Source of the DNA: Octopus bimaculoides
Taxonomy: Eukaryota
DNA: 64,000 nucleotides
Assembly (NCBI RefSeq): GCF_001194135.2
Contig: NC_068999.1
Coordinates: 24,159,763 to 24,223,762 of the forward strand
Direction of reading: 5' to 3'
Numbering within the stretch: the first letter of the stretch is position 1; each line of letters opens with the position of its first letter. The notes under the pieces were generated by a model. It was given only the letters and a program-made list of their open reading frames with translations, did no database searches and was not told the origin of the DNA. A program made the translations under genes and the position numbers. Below, piece by piece: positions 38,061-50,327 of the stretch.

Positions 38061-38816
38061 GATTATAATTCACATAAATGGTTGTGTGAAGGAGCAATTC
38101 TTAATCCCAAAAATGAGACAGTAGCAAGAATTAACCATGAATTAAGGAATAAGATTCCAACAGTCATTAAGAAGTACAAATCAGTTGATTCAGTCTTTGA
38201 TGAAAATCAAGCTGTCCATTAACCAACAGAGTTCTTTAATTCTCTTGAGCCACCTGGAATTCCTCCACATAAACTTTGTTTGAAGGTAGGTGTCCTAATA
38301 ATGCTTCTAAGAAATTAGGATTCTCCTAAATTATGCAATGGGACAAGGTTGATTGTGAAAACATTATCACCTAATGTGATAGGAGCTACCATCATCACTG
38401 GATGTGCCTCTGGGGAAGAGGTTTTCATTCCAAGAATTCCAATCAATCCAACAAACATGCCTTTTGAGTTCAAATGAAGACAATTCCCAGTGCGACTTTC
38501 CTTTGCAATGTCTATTAATACAGCTCGAGGTCAGTCTTTGAAATCTACTGGCTTCATTTTCTTATGGTCAACTTTGTTGGTTGCTCCCGGGTAGGTAGTT
38601 TGCAAGACTTGTTTGTCTATGCACCAAACCAGAAAACAAAGAATCTTGTTTATCTAGATTACTCTTACATAATTCCCTTCAACATATGTGGTAGAATTTA
38701 TCTCCTTTCATAAAAGTGGTAAATTTTGTATTTTCATTTATTAATTATTTTTATTGTTTTTCTTCCAATATGTAAGGAAAAATTTAATTCCCAAGCAATG
38801 CTGGGTGCCTCTGCTA

Positions 38817-38818
<2 letters not shown>
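38061..38818 (+). mobile_element. Helitron remnant: PIF1-family helicase C-terminus plus 3' hairpin-CTAG terminus
   Basis: KWLCEGAILNPKNETV...[18 protein letters not shown]...LLRN*DSPKLCNGTRL...FIPRIP...FK*RQFPVRLSFAMSINTARGQSL...FSYGQL..SRV; terminus CCCAAGCAATGCTGGG(38790-805)...CTAG(38814-17)T. Confidence 0.92.
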
Positions 38819-38850
<32 letters not shown>

Positions 38851-39192
38851 NNNNNNNNNNNNNNNNNNNNNNNNNNNNNNNNNNNNNNNNNNNNNNNNNN
38901 NNNNNNNNNNNNNNNNNNNNNNNNNNNNNNNNNNNNNNNNNNNNNNNNNNNNNNNNNNNNNNNNNNNNNNNNNNNNNNNNNNNNNNNNNNNNNNNNNNNN
39001 NNNNNNNNNNNNNNNNNNNNNNNNNNNNNNNNNNNNNNNNNNNNNNNNNNNNNNNNNNNNNNNNNNNNNNNNNNNNNNNNNNNNNNNNNNNNNNNNNNNN
39101 NNNNNNNNNNNNNNNNNNNNNNNNNNNNNNNNNNNNNNNNNNNNNNNNNNNNNNNNNNNNNNNNNNNNNNNNNNNNNNNNNNNNNNNNNNNN

Positions 39193-39232
39193 GAAAACGC
39201 ATGTTATAATTGCAATTATAACATGCGTTTTC
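39193..39232. repeat. Perfect 40-bp palindrome abutting a gap
   Basis: GAAAACGCATGTTATAATTG|CAATTATAACATGCGTTTTC. Confidence 0.9.
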
Positions 39233-39259
39233 TCCATTCCTTAAATTCTTAAATATATA

Positions 39260-39292
<33 letters not shown>

Positions 39293-39319
39293 ACACACAT
39301 ACACACACACACACCATTC

Positions 39320-39620
39320 TCACATACATGTACTTGCGCACCCTACTTTGGCCGGATCAGCGTTATTATCTCCCTTTCACTCAGCCTCTTTCTTCTGGCC
39401 TTTTCATCATATCGAGCCATTAATCCCTACTCATCTTTTTCACTCTCCATTTTTCATTCTCTCTCCATTTTTTTCTCAATCCTTTCTGTCAAAAGGCATA
39501 GGCTCGAAACATGAAAGACTTTTCCATTCTTTCCAAGCATTAAACTAATACACCTACTTGTTGTTCCTTCACCTGTCTTTGCCTTTTGTTTTTTGTAAAT
39601 TTGAAATTTGAACTATATAT
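39320..39620 (+). mobile_element. PLE pseudo-LTR-type element (same family as 1-512) with an eroded hammerhead at 39482-39517
   Basis: CTTT-CTGTCAA..GGCTC-GAAAC-ATG-AAAG and tail AAAGACTTTT...ACTAATACA...ACCTGTCTT...TTTTGTTTTTTGT..ATT...CTATATA match 386-520. Confidence 0.65.
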
Positions 39621-39666
39621 ATCGTCATCATCTTTTAATGTCCACCTTCCATGCTGGCATTGATGG

Positions 39667-39707
<41 letters not shown>

Positions 39708-40521
39708 NNNNNNNNNNNNNNNNNNNNNNNNNNNNNNNNNNNNNNNNNNNNNNNNNNNNNNNNNNNNNNNNNNNNNNNNNNNNNNNNNNNNNNNNNNNNN
39801 NNNNNNNNNNNNNNNNNNNNNNNNNNNNNNNNNNNNNNNNNNNNNNNNNNNNNNNNNNNNNNNNNNNNNNNNNNNNNNNNNNNNNNNNNNNNNNNNNNNN
39901 NNNNNNNNNNNNNNNNNNNNNNNNNNNNNNNNNNNNNNNNNNNNNNNNNNNNNNNNNNNNNNNNNNNNNNNNNNNNNNNNNNNNNNNNNNNNNNNNNNNN
40001 NNNNNNNNNNNNNNNNNNNNNNNNNNNNNNNNNNNNNNNNNNNNNNNNNNNNNNNNNNNNNNNNNNNNNNNNNNNNNNNNNNNNNNNNNNNNNNNNNNNN
40101 NNNNNNNNNNNNNNNNNNNNNNNNNNNNNNNNNNNNNNNNNNNNNNNNNNNNNNNNNNNNNNNNNNNNNNNNNNNNNNNNNNNNNNNNNNNNNNNNNNNN
40201 NNNNNNNNNNNNNNNNNNNNNNNNNNNNNNNNNNNNNNNNNNNNNNNNNNNNNNNNNNNNNNNNNNNNNNNNNNNNNNNNNNNNNNNNNNNNNNNNNNNN
40301 NNNNNNNNNNNNNNNNNNNNNNNNNNNNNNNNNNNNNNNNNNNNNNNNNNNNNNNNNNNNNNNNNNNNNNNNNNNNNNNNNNNNNNNNNNNNNNNNNNNN
40401 NNNNNNNNNNNNNNNNNNNNNNNNNNNNNNNNNNNNNNNNNNNNNNNNNNNNNNNNNNNNNNNNNNNNNNNNNNNNNNTCCACCCCTAGGGGTCAGCCAC
40501 ACTTAAGTGGCAATATACTAC

Positions 40522-40561
<40 letters not shown>

Positions 40562-41491
40562 ATCATATGTGTGTGTGTGTGTTTATATTTTCAATAAAGT
40601 GAATGCAAATTCAAAGTGTGCAGCTGGTGGGATTGGAACATAGATCTCTTAATTGGCAATTTGGTGTGACAACCACTGTGCTACAAACACTTACAAGACT
40701 TTGTTGTTGGATAAAACCACCAAGATGTCTTTTTTTTTTTTAATTCTCACTGTATATGCATCAGCCTCTCAAAGTGTTTGATTAGTTTCATCAATCCCAA
40801 CATTTCAATCAATTCAATGTTCTTTTCTATACTTCATTCATAGATTAGTCCTCAACAAATGCAAATTTAATTTGAATTTGTAATTTACTGATTGGAAAGG
40901 AATCCTAATTATCTGGTATAGATCTTATAAAGATGTTTTTGTTCATCCCAGCTGCTGTAGTCAGGTTTAGCTTCAACTCAAGGTTTGTCATGTAGAATTA
41001 AGTATTAATTAGTTATCAGAGCAGCTTTGTCATTCACTACTTCAATTGCTATATATTTCAAAATATCTACAAGCTTTTTGTTTTAAAGACTGAGTATGAA
41101 CAACTGGATATACATATTCATTGTATATAGACCATTCAATGACTGATGCAATTAAAAGATAAGTTATTTCAAATATTTATCTTCGTTATTGATTCTTTTT
41201 TTACTGCATTCTGTAACATTATACTATCAATGTGCTCCATCATTTATATAAGTTGTATTTTCTCTGATGACTTTAAATGAACAGAGAAAAGGGAGCAGTT
41301 TAGGAAATATACCAATAGGATTAAAATGATAGTGTTTGCCTTAAGTTTTTTTTATCAAATCAACTAAAGTAAACTTTGAAATCCTCCAGCAGGGAAGAAG
41401 AATAAATGACAAACATGAAACTTATATACCTTTCATGAAAATTTTTGAAATCTGATTTTAGAATGCATTTTCAGATCATTTGCAATATATA

Positions 41492-41705
41492 TTTACCCCT
41501 TACTATTTAAACTAGTTATATCCAGCCCAAATATTCTACCTACTTTATGTTGAAACTGGCCAGATTTTGTCTCTTATACCAACCTTATACTGTTATTCTA
41601 AAAATAAGCAATTTCAAAGCTATGAAATAATGCATGATTAATTTAAAACAATGTGAATAAATAAGTATTACATTTGACAAAGTAATCTGAATGTTAAAGG
41701 GTTAA
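41492..41705. mobile_element. TTAA-flanked MITE; a second copy in opposite orientation at 54771-54992
   Basis: Ends AAAGGGTTAA and TTAACTCTTT...AAAAGGTTAA; the two copies align as reverse complements (TATTCACATT...CATGCATTAT). Confidence 0.55.
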
Positions 41706-41779
41706 CATATATTACAGTCCTAGTATTTTTTCTATATATAGTACTATACATCTAAAAATACATCTAAAATGCATTTCAA

Positions 41780-41985
41780 ACTAGAATCGTTAAAGTATTG
41801 GGAAAAATGCCTTGAAGTATTTCTTCCAGCTCTTTACATTGAATTGAATTCCTGGTTAGGTTAACGTAACCTTTCATCTTTATAGGGCCAACAGAACAAA
41901 GTACCAATCAAATACTGGGGTTGATGGCATTGACTAAGTCCCTCCTTTCAAAACTACTGACCTTGTGCCAAAATTTGAAACTATC

Positions 41986-42053
<68 letters not shown>

Positions 42054-42251
42054 AAGGCAGTGAACTGGCAGAGTTGCTAGCATGCTGGGTAAAATGCTTA
42101 ACAGTATTTTGTCCGTCTTTATGTTCTGAGTTCAAATTCTGCCAAAGTCAATTTTGCCTTTCATCTTTAGTACCCATTGAGCACTGGGAGTTGATATAAT
42201 TGACTTACCCAACTTCCCGGAAATTGCTGGCCTTGTGCTAAAATTTAAAAC

Positions 42252-42290
<39 letters not shown>
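41780..42290 (+). mobile_element. Head-to-tail dimer of SINE family A separated by (ATT)n
   Basis: Two successive copies, each ending CCTTGTGC.AAAATTT.AAA plus (ATT)n; second head GGCAGTGAACTGGCAGAG at about 42056. Confidence 0.75.
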
Positions 42291-42508
42291 GTNNNNNNNN
42301 NNNNNNNNNNNNNNNNNNNNNNNNNNNNNNNNNNNNNNNNNNNNNNNNNNNNNNNNNNNNNNNNNNNNNNNNNNNNNNNNNNNNNNNNNNNNNNNNNNNN
42401 NNNNNNNNNNNNNNNNNNNNNNNNNNNNNNNNNNNNNNNNNNNNNNNNNNNNNNNNNNNNNNNNNNNNNNNNNNNNNNNNNNNNNNNNNNNNNNNNNNNN
42501 NNNNATTA

Positions 42509-42539
<31 letters not shown>

Positions 42540-42701
42540 CTTTCTTCAAATTTTCCTCCATTTCTCGCCAAGTGTTTTCTGCACACTTAGGGCAGAGAAA
42601 CTCGTTGTATGCATTCCCAGTTTACACGCGCAAATTCACAGGTAAAATATATATTTAAAAAAAAAATAAATAAATAAAAATCATGAATGGATATATATAT
42701 A

Positions 42702-44161
42702 TACTGAACTAGAAAAGAAATGCCGCACCCATACTAAATAGAAACTGGTTTACTAACAGTCTGCCATAGAATTGATTGATGAGTGCTAATTAAGAAACTG
42801 TTCTTTCCTAATGATAAAACGTCATTTCCTGAAACATGTTCGACATCACATGATGTCACATGATGACGGAGTGTCCTGGATCCAAAGAGATGAACTCAAT
42901 ATCTCGTGTGGCCACCATTAGCATTGATTACCACCAGGCATCTTCTGTACATTGAATGCACCAAATGATTGATGAAGGCCATGGGGATAGCAGTGTTAAA
43001 ACTTGCAATGAGTTGTGCTGCAGTTGTTGGCCTTGGACATGGCAGTGTCTGGATGTTGTGCTGTTGGAGGAAGTCTGTTGTCAACCTAGCAGTATGGGCA
43101 CGGGGATTGTCATGTTGGAACACATAATTCCAATGACAGGCAAAGTATGGCACAATGTCAGACCTCAACACTTGGTTCATGTAGTTAGCAGCAGTCACTC
43201 CATTTCCCCGGCCTTGACTGATGTTTTGGAAGACCACTGGTCCAAGTTTCTGGTTGAGTGCAATTCCACCCCATACCATGATGCTCTGTTCTCCCCATGA
43301 GTCTCTCTCCACCACACAGCCATTGGCATGATGTTCACCCCTTCTTCTCCAAATCCTAGCTCTGCTATCTGCCACAGAAATACATTACCGATTTCTGTCA
43401 GAGAAGACTACAGTCCTCCACTGCTGGTATTGCCAGTTCTGACGTTTTCGAGCCCACTGCAGATGTGCCCATCAACGATGATCTGTGAGGATGGGGCCCC
43501 AAGTTGGACATCAACAAGACAGATTGAAAGATATCAGCTGGTGGTGAACTACCTCTACACAAATGGGTCTGTGGTGAGTCCCTATGGTCTGCCTAGCTGA
43601 TTCTGTTGCCCTCTGGAATCGGTCCTGCAAGTGCTACCGGTGCAGGTGGCGATCTTGGTGTGCTGTTGTAACCCTTGGTCAGCCACTGCATGGACAATTA
43701 TCTATGCTGTTTGTAACATTGTATCATTCTCTAGGCCACTCAAATGTCTGCATATTGCTATTCAAGTCATTGGCAATGACCCATGGACATTGACCAGCAT
43801 GGAGACGTCCGATGGCTTGCTCCCTCTGATTTTGTGTAAGTCTTTGCATGCTTGCTGCATTTGGCAAACAAATGAGTAGCTGGTAAATTTGGGTGCCTTT
43901 TATATCTAACGAGTCATTGTTTTGCGTGTACATCATGCTTTTCATAAAGATTCATTCACAAGCATTACCATGTTCACGAAAAGTGAGAGGGTTCGAATCC
44001 TACATGCAATCCTTGTGTTTCCAAAAGAGAGTGGTGTTGCTGGTCAGTGACATCTTCCTGATGTCAAATTACCTAGAAATATGATAAAATCCATATAATC
44101 TTAATATCGTGTGCGAAACAAATAATGTTTTACAGTGTGACGTTTCTTTTGTAGTTTAGTG
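42702..44161 (-). mobile_element. Near full-length decayed Tc1-family transposon
   Basis: 27-bp imperfect TIRs (CACTAAACTACAAAAGAAACGTCACAC versus TACTGAACTAGAAAAGAAATGCCGCAC) with TA flanks; minus-strand MQRLTQNQREQAIGRL, RIWRRRGE, MVWGGI, FQHDNPRAHTAR and GGHTRY*. The SPDLNPIE region carrying the third catalytic residue is deleted (TLPC|PRPTT). Confidence 0.92.
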
Positions 44162-44177
44162 TATATATTTTATATAT

Positions 44178-44630
44178 ACTCTTTACTCTTTTACTTGTTT
44201 CAGTCATTTGACTGTGGCCATGCTGGAGCACTGCCTTTTAGTTGAGCAAATCGACCCTAGGACCTATTCTTTGGAAGCCTAATACTTTTTCTATCAGTCT
44301 CTTTTTGTCGAACCACTAAGTTACGGGACGTAAACACACCAGCATCGGTTGTCAAGCGATGTTGGGGGGGACAAACACACAAACATATACACACACATAC
44401 ATATATATANNNNNNNNNNNNNNNNNNNNNNNNNNNTATATATATATATATATATATATATGCACATATATACAATGGGCTTCTTTCAGTTTCTGTCTAC
44501 CAAATCCACTCACATGGCTTCGGTCGGCCTGAGGCTATAGTAGAAGACACTTACCCAAGGTGCCATGCAGTGGGACTGAACCCGGAACCATGTGGTTCGT
44601 AAGCAAACTACTTACCACACAGCCACTCCT
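44178..44630 (-). mobile_element. SINE family B (young), gap inside its internal microsatellite
   Basis: Complete tail-to-head match on the minus strand (TTACTCTTTTACTTGTTTCAGTC...ACCACACAGCCAC). Confidence 0.9.
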
Positions 44631-45162
44631 ATATTTTATATATATATATATATATACATATAAATTTGTAATAATTTGTATTTATCTATCTAGCTTTATT
44701 CCTCGTTCTTATAATCAAATTGTTACTTAACCCCTCTCCTTTATATTCAGTGTTTAGTTTTATATTCAATTTATTTCTGCTGGCTGCAATTACGAGTGTT
44801 AAGTATATGCTTATGGCTGTTAATTAAATAACTGCATTTCCCAAATTAAAATCTCAAACCGATTTTGTAACTAATCAAGTGTAAATCCACCTACTTATTA
44901 ATCTTGTAGAAATAATCTTTTTACTTTTCATTTATCTATAAATTCATTCATTTCAAATACTTCCACAATAATATGTGCAATTTAAATTTTCTAACATCAG
45001 TGATTATGCATTAACCCTGCTCATGTGTGTGTGTGTGTGTGTGTGTGTGTATACATATATGTATGTATATATGTATGTATATGTATGTATATATATATAT
45101 GTATATAATATATATGTATATATGTATATGCATATACATTTATGTATGTATGTATGATTGTA

Positions 45163-45221
<59 letters not shown>

Positions 45222-45878
45222 ACATGTACGTGTGTGTGTATATATATATTATATTCATGATATACATATATGAATGATATTCCCTAAATACTTCTAACTG
45301 CATTATTTATTGAATTTATAACTGAACATTTTACCAATGCTCAAATGAATTAGTTGATTCAAATTACAACCCTTTTGTGTAGTTTATCAGCTCAATCTTC
45401 ATCCAATCTCTGTTCCCCCATATTATGTTGAATAATGACTTTTTTTCTAATTCTGCCTACTTTTCACACATTCACAGCTCTTTTGAAGGCTTTTTCTTTT
45501 TTATTTGCCTTAATTTTTCAAATCTGTTTTTCTACATACATGCACACTTACACACAAATTTGCAAACATGCATTATTTTCTGGAAAAGATACATATACAT
45601 ACCTACACATATAAGGAAGTATGTGTGTGTGTATGTAAAACCCATGCCATAACAGACAGTAATGCCTGGTGCAGTCCTCTGGCTTGCAAGCTCTTGTCAG
45701 ACCATCCATTTCATGGAAAACAGAAGCTAAATAATGATGATGATGATGATGATGATATATATGTATATATATATATATATATAAATAAACACGTACATAT
45801 ACGCAAATAAATACTAATTAATATAGATATACATGCACATTAAGAATACTTATACCAGCAAGTGTTTAGAATGATATA

Positions 45879-47227
45879 CAGGGTTTTGTGGCTTATCTGA
45901 CAGCTTGAATAAAAGGAAAAGAAAACATAATATACCATCCAAGAATAAAAATATTTTAAAGGATCAAAAACTATCAACTAGATTATGTCTAGGTGATAAC
46001 ACCTTTCTCAAAGTAGCTACCCTCTGCTTCCACCCTGGTCCCAGGAGAGCTCTGGAATGTGGCTCATGTGTCCCTCACTGTGTCTCTAGGAAGATCTTCA
46101 GATACCTCTTTAATCTTGGACACAAGCTGAGCCTTGGTGTTGCAAGTAAAGTGGTTGGTGTCTTTCTCACTACACATAGTAATCTATGGAATTTCATTTG
46201 GGGAGATTAGAAGGCCAGGAATTAAGGCTGGTGAAGTTGTACTAATTCTCCAGCAACCACTTCTGACTCTTTCTGGAGGAATGATAAGGTGCTGAACCCT
46301 GCTGCCACAAATATGGCCTTCCAGCAACAATCCTCACCACCAGCTTCACCTTGATATCCGAAGTGAGCCTAAGGCATTGTTCAAAGATGTGGGGGTGGTA
46401 TGACATATCCCTCACTGGAGGCACAGCCAAACACCATCACAGTTTGTTGAAACTTGGTTTTCATGATATGTGGGACATCACATGGATTATAGGCAAGCCA
46501 CCTGTTGTTCTGGGTGTTGTGCAACTGGTACTCACAGAATCCATTTTCATCTGAGAACCAGATCGTTCCCTGTTCAACAGGATGCCTCAACTTATTCAGG
46601 AGTCCTGAATAAGTTGAGGCATCCTGTTGAACAGGGAACGATCTGGTTCTCAGATGAAAATGGTTTCTGTGAGGCCCAGTTGCACAACACCCAGAACAAC
46701 AGGTGGCTTGCCTACAATCCATGCTTTAGCTTCATTCAAGTGGTTGTCTTTGGCCTTGGCAGTCAGAATATATTCCTTGCACCTCTTGTATGAGTGGTAG
46801 CTCAGGTCCTCATTCAGGGCTAGCTTCATGATAGTGACTTCAACACTCATCTTTCACTAAAGCCGAAATTCCCTTGCTTGGATATTCCATCACCTTGTCC
46901 TGCAGTTGGATGAATTCAGGCACATAGATACAGCCAGAGCACCAGCTGTGTCCCTCCTAACTGCCCATGTCATGTCTTACAGTCTTTACGTTAGTTACAG
47001 AGTGTTGAGCAGCCATCAGGACATTGACCTTTTGCTACCTTGCACGAATCATCACAATACAAGAAATTCTTTTACAGTATGGCAGCTCATTTTTTTCTGA
47101 ACTATAACTTTAATCTTTATACTCTCCAGCACCATTGACTGTTCACCAGTACACCAAGCTGTTCCTAAAAATAAAAATAAAAGGGGTAGGGCACATGAAA
47201 ATTGTCAAATTTAACCCAAAAACCTTG
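45879..47227 (-). mobile_element. maT/mori-like (DD37D) Tc1/mariner transposon, decayed, with an internal fold-back duplication
   Basis: Imperfect TIRs CAGGGTTTTGTGGC..ATCTGACA versus CAAGGTTTTTGGGT..ATTTGACA with TA flanks; minus-strand EDLSYHSYK, WFSDENGF, QNNRWLA, VMVFGCASSEG and WQQGSAPYHSSRKSQKWLLEN. Confidence 0.85.
46481..46723. repeat. Near-perfect inverted duplication: 121-bp arms, 1-nt spacer
   Basis: Arms 46481-46601 and 46603-46723 centred on G46602; 4 mismatches counted by eye. Confidence 0.95.
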
Positions 47228-47749
47228 TATAGATAAATGCTTGTAGTTAAATTTATTTTTACATTCATGCACACACACATGCTCATCTACGCATACATGC
47301 TTATATGTATATTTCTTAATAGCTGCATAAAGACAAACATGTAAACAATTACATTTAAAAAAGCATAACAAGATTGTGTATGAATATGGATATATGCAGT
47401 AAAAGGAGATAACAAGAGAAATTATTAGGTGATAATAAAATTAGATGCTGGCATGTAAATAAGTTATAGAAAAGTGTTGAAAAATTTGTATATGTTTGGT
47501 TAAACTAGTATAAATAATGGTTAAGTTGGAATAGTAACATCTCTATAAATGTGTAAGATGAATTAAAAATTACCTATTGAGGTGTGAAATTGGTTGTAAA
47601 CATTTGTATGTCTTGAATATTTTATGATGGCAGTAAGCAATATTTTCTGAATGTCTGTTGAAAATAGGCACCTTTGTAATGAGAATTTCCTAACACGCTC
47701 ACACTTATAGCAGTATCGGATTTAGCTTTAGACATGACTTTCTGTATTA

Positions 47750-48178
47750 TACTCTTTTACTCTTTTACTTGTTTCAGTCATTTGACTGTGGCCATGCTGG
47801 AGTACCGCCTTTAGTCGAACAAATTGACCCTAGGACTTATTCTTTGTAAGCCTAGTACTTATTCTATCGGTCTCTTTTGCCGAACCGCTAAGTTACGGGG
47901 ACGCAAACACACCAGCATCAGTTGTCAAGCGATGGAGGGGGGACAAACACAGACACACAAACACACATACATACATATATATANNNNNNNNNNTATATAT
48001 ATATATACACATATATACGACGGGCTTCTTTCAGTTTCCGCCTACCAAATCCACTCACAAGGTTTTGGTCAGCCCGAGGCTATAGTAGAAGACACTTGCC
48101 CAAGGTGCCACACAGTAGGACTGAACCCGGAACCATGTGGTTGGTAAGCAAGCTACTTACCACACAGCCACTCCTGCG
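47750..48178 (-). mobile_element. SINE family B (young)
   Basis: Full match on the minus strand, CpG-rich, gap in the internal microsatellite. Confidence 0.9.
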
Positions 48179-49159
48179 CCTATACTGAATTTTTTTTTTT
48201 TCAATGTCTTTGAAATTCCATATCAAAATAGAAAGCAAGGTGACATTTTTTCCTATAGGATTTTGGAATGAATTTGTGTACTGATTAGAATTAAACTGAA
48301 AATTATTAGCAGTAAGGCCAGTACAAGCTTTATATTTTTCATATAACTCACTTTTTCCCATTAATCAAGTGTAAACTCACCTGGCTAGTAATCTCTAAGA
48401 AGCCTGTTATTTAATTTATTTATTTATATATTTATACATTTTAACTCTTAAACTGGTATAGTGCTTTCTCTATGTAAATCTCCCAATCCTGTTAGAAACT
48501 AGAGATTTTAAAGAAACTGCAGTTATTCTAGTATAAAAATCATAGAAATATTACTATTGCATGAGTTTGGATTAAACTTGGTTATTGGATTATTAGTGTA
48601 CATTGCAGATGTAATTTTTCCTGGTTGTTGTTGATTTTTACTTGTTGTCATATCACTGTTTCCCAATTACAGGTGGTGTGTTAACATATATGTATAAGAT
48701 AACGATTCGTGGGCATCGATTTTCTTTCTCAAAGCTGAACTTGTGTTCCAGTAGTCTTTTTAACTTTGAAACTGCACAATTTCCATTAAGAAAATGCATT
48801 CCAAGATATGCCCCCATCTTCTCCATTCATGTAATAAAGGTGGTGTTGACATGCATACTTTTGGTCTCATCATTCATCCTACCCAATATTCCTTGAGGAT
48901 AAAGTTAAGAAAATATTCAGTGAGTTTTGCTTCTACATTCAAAGGATTTGTAGAGCCCACATCATTAACGAAAGCATTAATGCAACAATCAACTAGATGA
49001 TCATCCTACTCTTGTTCAGAATTATCTTTGTTATTACTGCTCAATAAATCCAGATTAAATTCCAATCAGAATCACTGATCACTGGTGTGTAGAGATGATA
49101 CTGAAATATATCGTCCAAACCCAAGCTTTGTCTAATCAAATCATTAATAATATAACTGA

Positions 49160-49610
49160 ATTCTTTAAGGCAGTGAGCTGGCAGAATCATTAGCCCACTG
49201 GGAAAAATGCTTAGTGGCATTTTGTCTGTCCTTACTTTCTGAGCTCAAATCCCACCAAGGCTGACTTTGCCTGTCATTTTTCTTGGGCTCATTTAAATAA
49301 GTACCAGTAATGCACTGGTGTCAATTTAATTGACTAGCTCCCTCCTCCTAAGTTTCAGGCCTTGTACCTGTTATAAAAAAGAATATTAATGAATTCTTTA
49401 AGGTGGTGAGCTGGCAGAATTGTTACCATGCTGGAGAAAATGCTTAGTGGCATTTTGTCCCTCTTTATGTTCTGAGTACAAATTCCATCGAGGTGGACTT
49501 TACCGTTCATCCCTCCTGGAGTTGCTAAAATAAATACCAGCTGAGCAGTAACCAACCTATTCCCTCCACTGAAATTGCTGACCTTGTGTTAAAATTTGAA
49601 ATCAATATTA
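49160..49610 (+). mobile_element. Head-to-tail dimer of SINE family A
   Basis: Heads AAGGCAGTGAGCTGGCAGAAT (about 49167) and AAGGTGGTGAGCTGGCAGAAT (about 49400), each followed by the GACTTT.CC..TCAT domain. Confidence 0.85.
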
Positions 49611-49959
49611 TTGAATTCTAACTCACTGCTTTGGGTATTGCCGATCATGATACTCAAAACCTGAAGCAAGAAAAAAATCTGAAGAAATTCATTGGATAAA
49701 CAACAAATACAAATATACAAGATGTGAACAGGAAATCTTTTGATAGGAAGTTTCTTCTAAAATGAGGCTAAACTTTGCTTCTCACACAGAAGAGTGCTTA
49801 GTTTCTGTTTCATAGCTCCAAACAATGACACTGTTTGAATTGCTGTTTAGTTGCGTGGAGTTCAGGATTTGGTGTTGACTGTGCTTATTTGTGGGACAGG
49901 ACTTTAGGAATTAAATATTTTCCCAATATGCTTAGAATTAAATTTCTACCATTATTATC

Positions 49960-50327
49960 TTTACTTTTTTATCATTTACCTGTGCCAATCATTGGACTGT
50001 AGCCATGCTGGGGCACTGCCTTGAAGGGTTTTAGTCAAACAAATCAATCCCAGTACTTATTTTTAAGCCTGGTGCTTATTCTGTTGGTCGTTTTTTGCAA
50101 ACTGATAAATTACGGGGCCACAAACAAACTAACACCAGTTGTCAAGCAGTGGCGGGAGATAAACGCAAACATAAAAATACACAGACACAAATAGATATAT
50201 ATATGACAAGTTTCTTCCAGTTTCCATCTACCAAATCCACTCAGAAGGCTTTGGTCAGCCCAGGGCTATAGTAGAAGACATTTGTTTAAGGTGCTATGCA
50301 GTGGGATTAAACCCAAAACCATGTGGA
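49960..50327 (-). mobile_element. SINE family B
   Basis: Tail-to-head match on the minus strand. Confidence 0.85.

Noticed and set aside
46470-46793. Plus-strand ORF containing transposase motifs as a second transposase gene
   Set aside because: It is the inverted duplicate arm of the minus-strand maT sequence.
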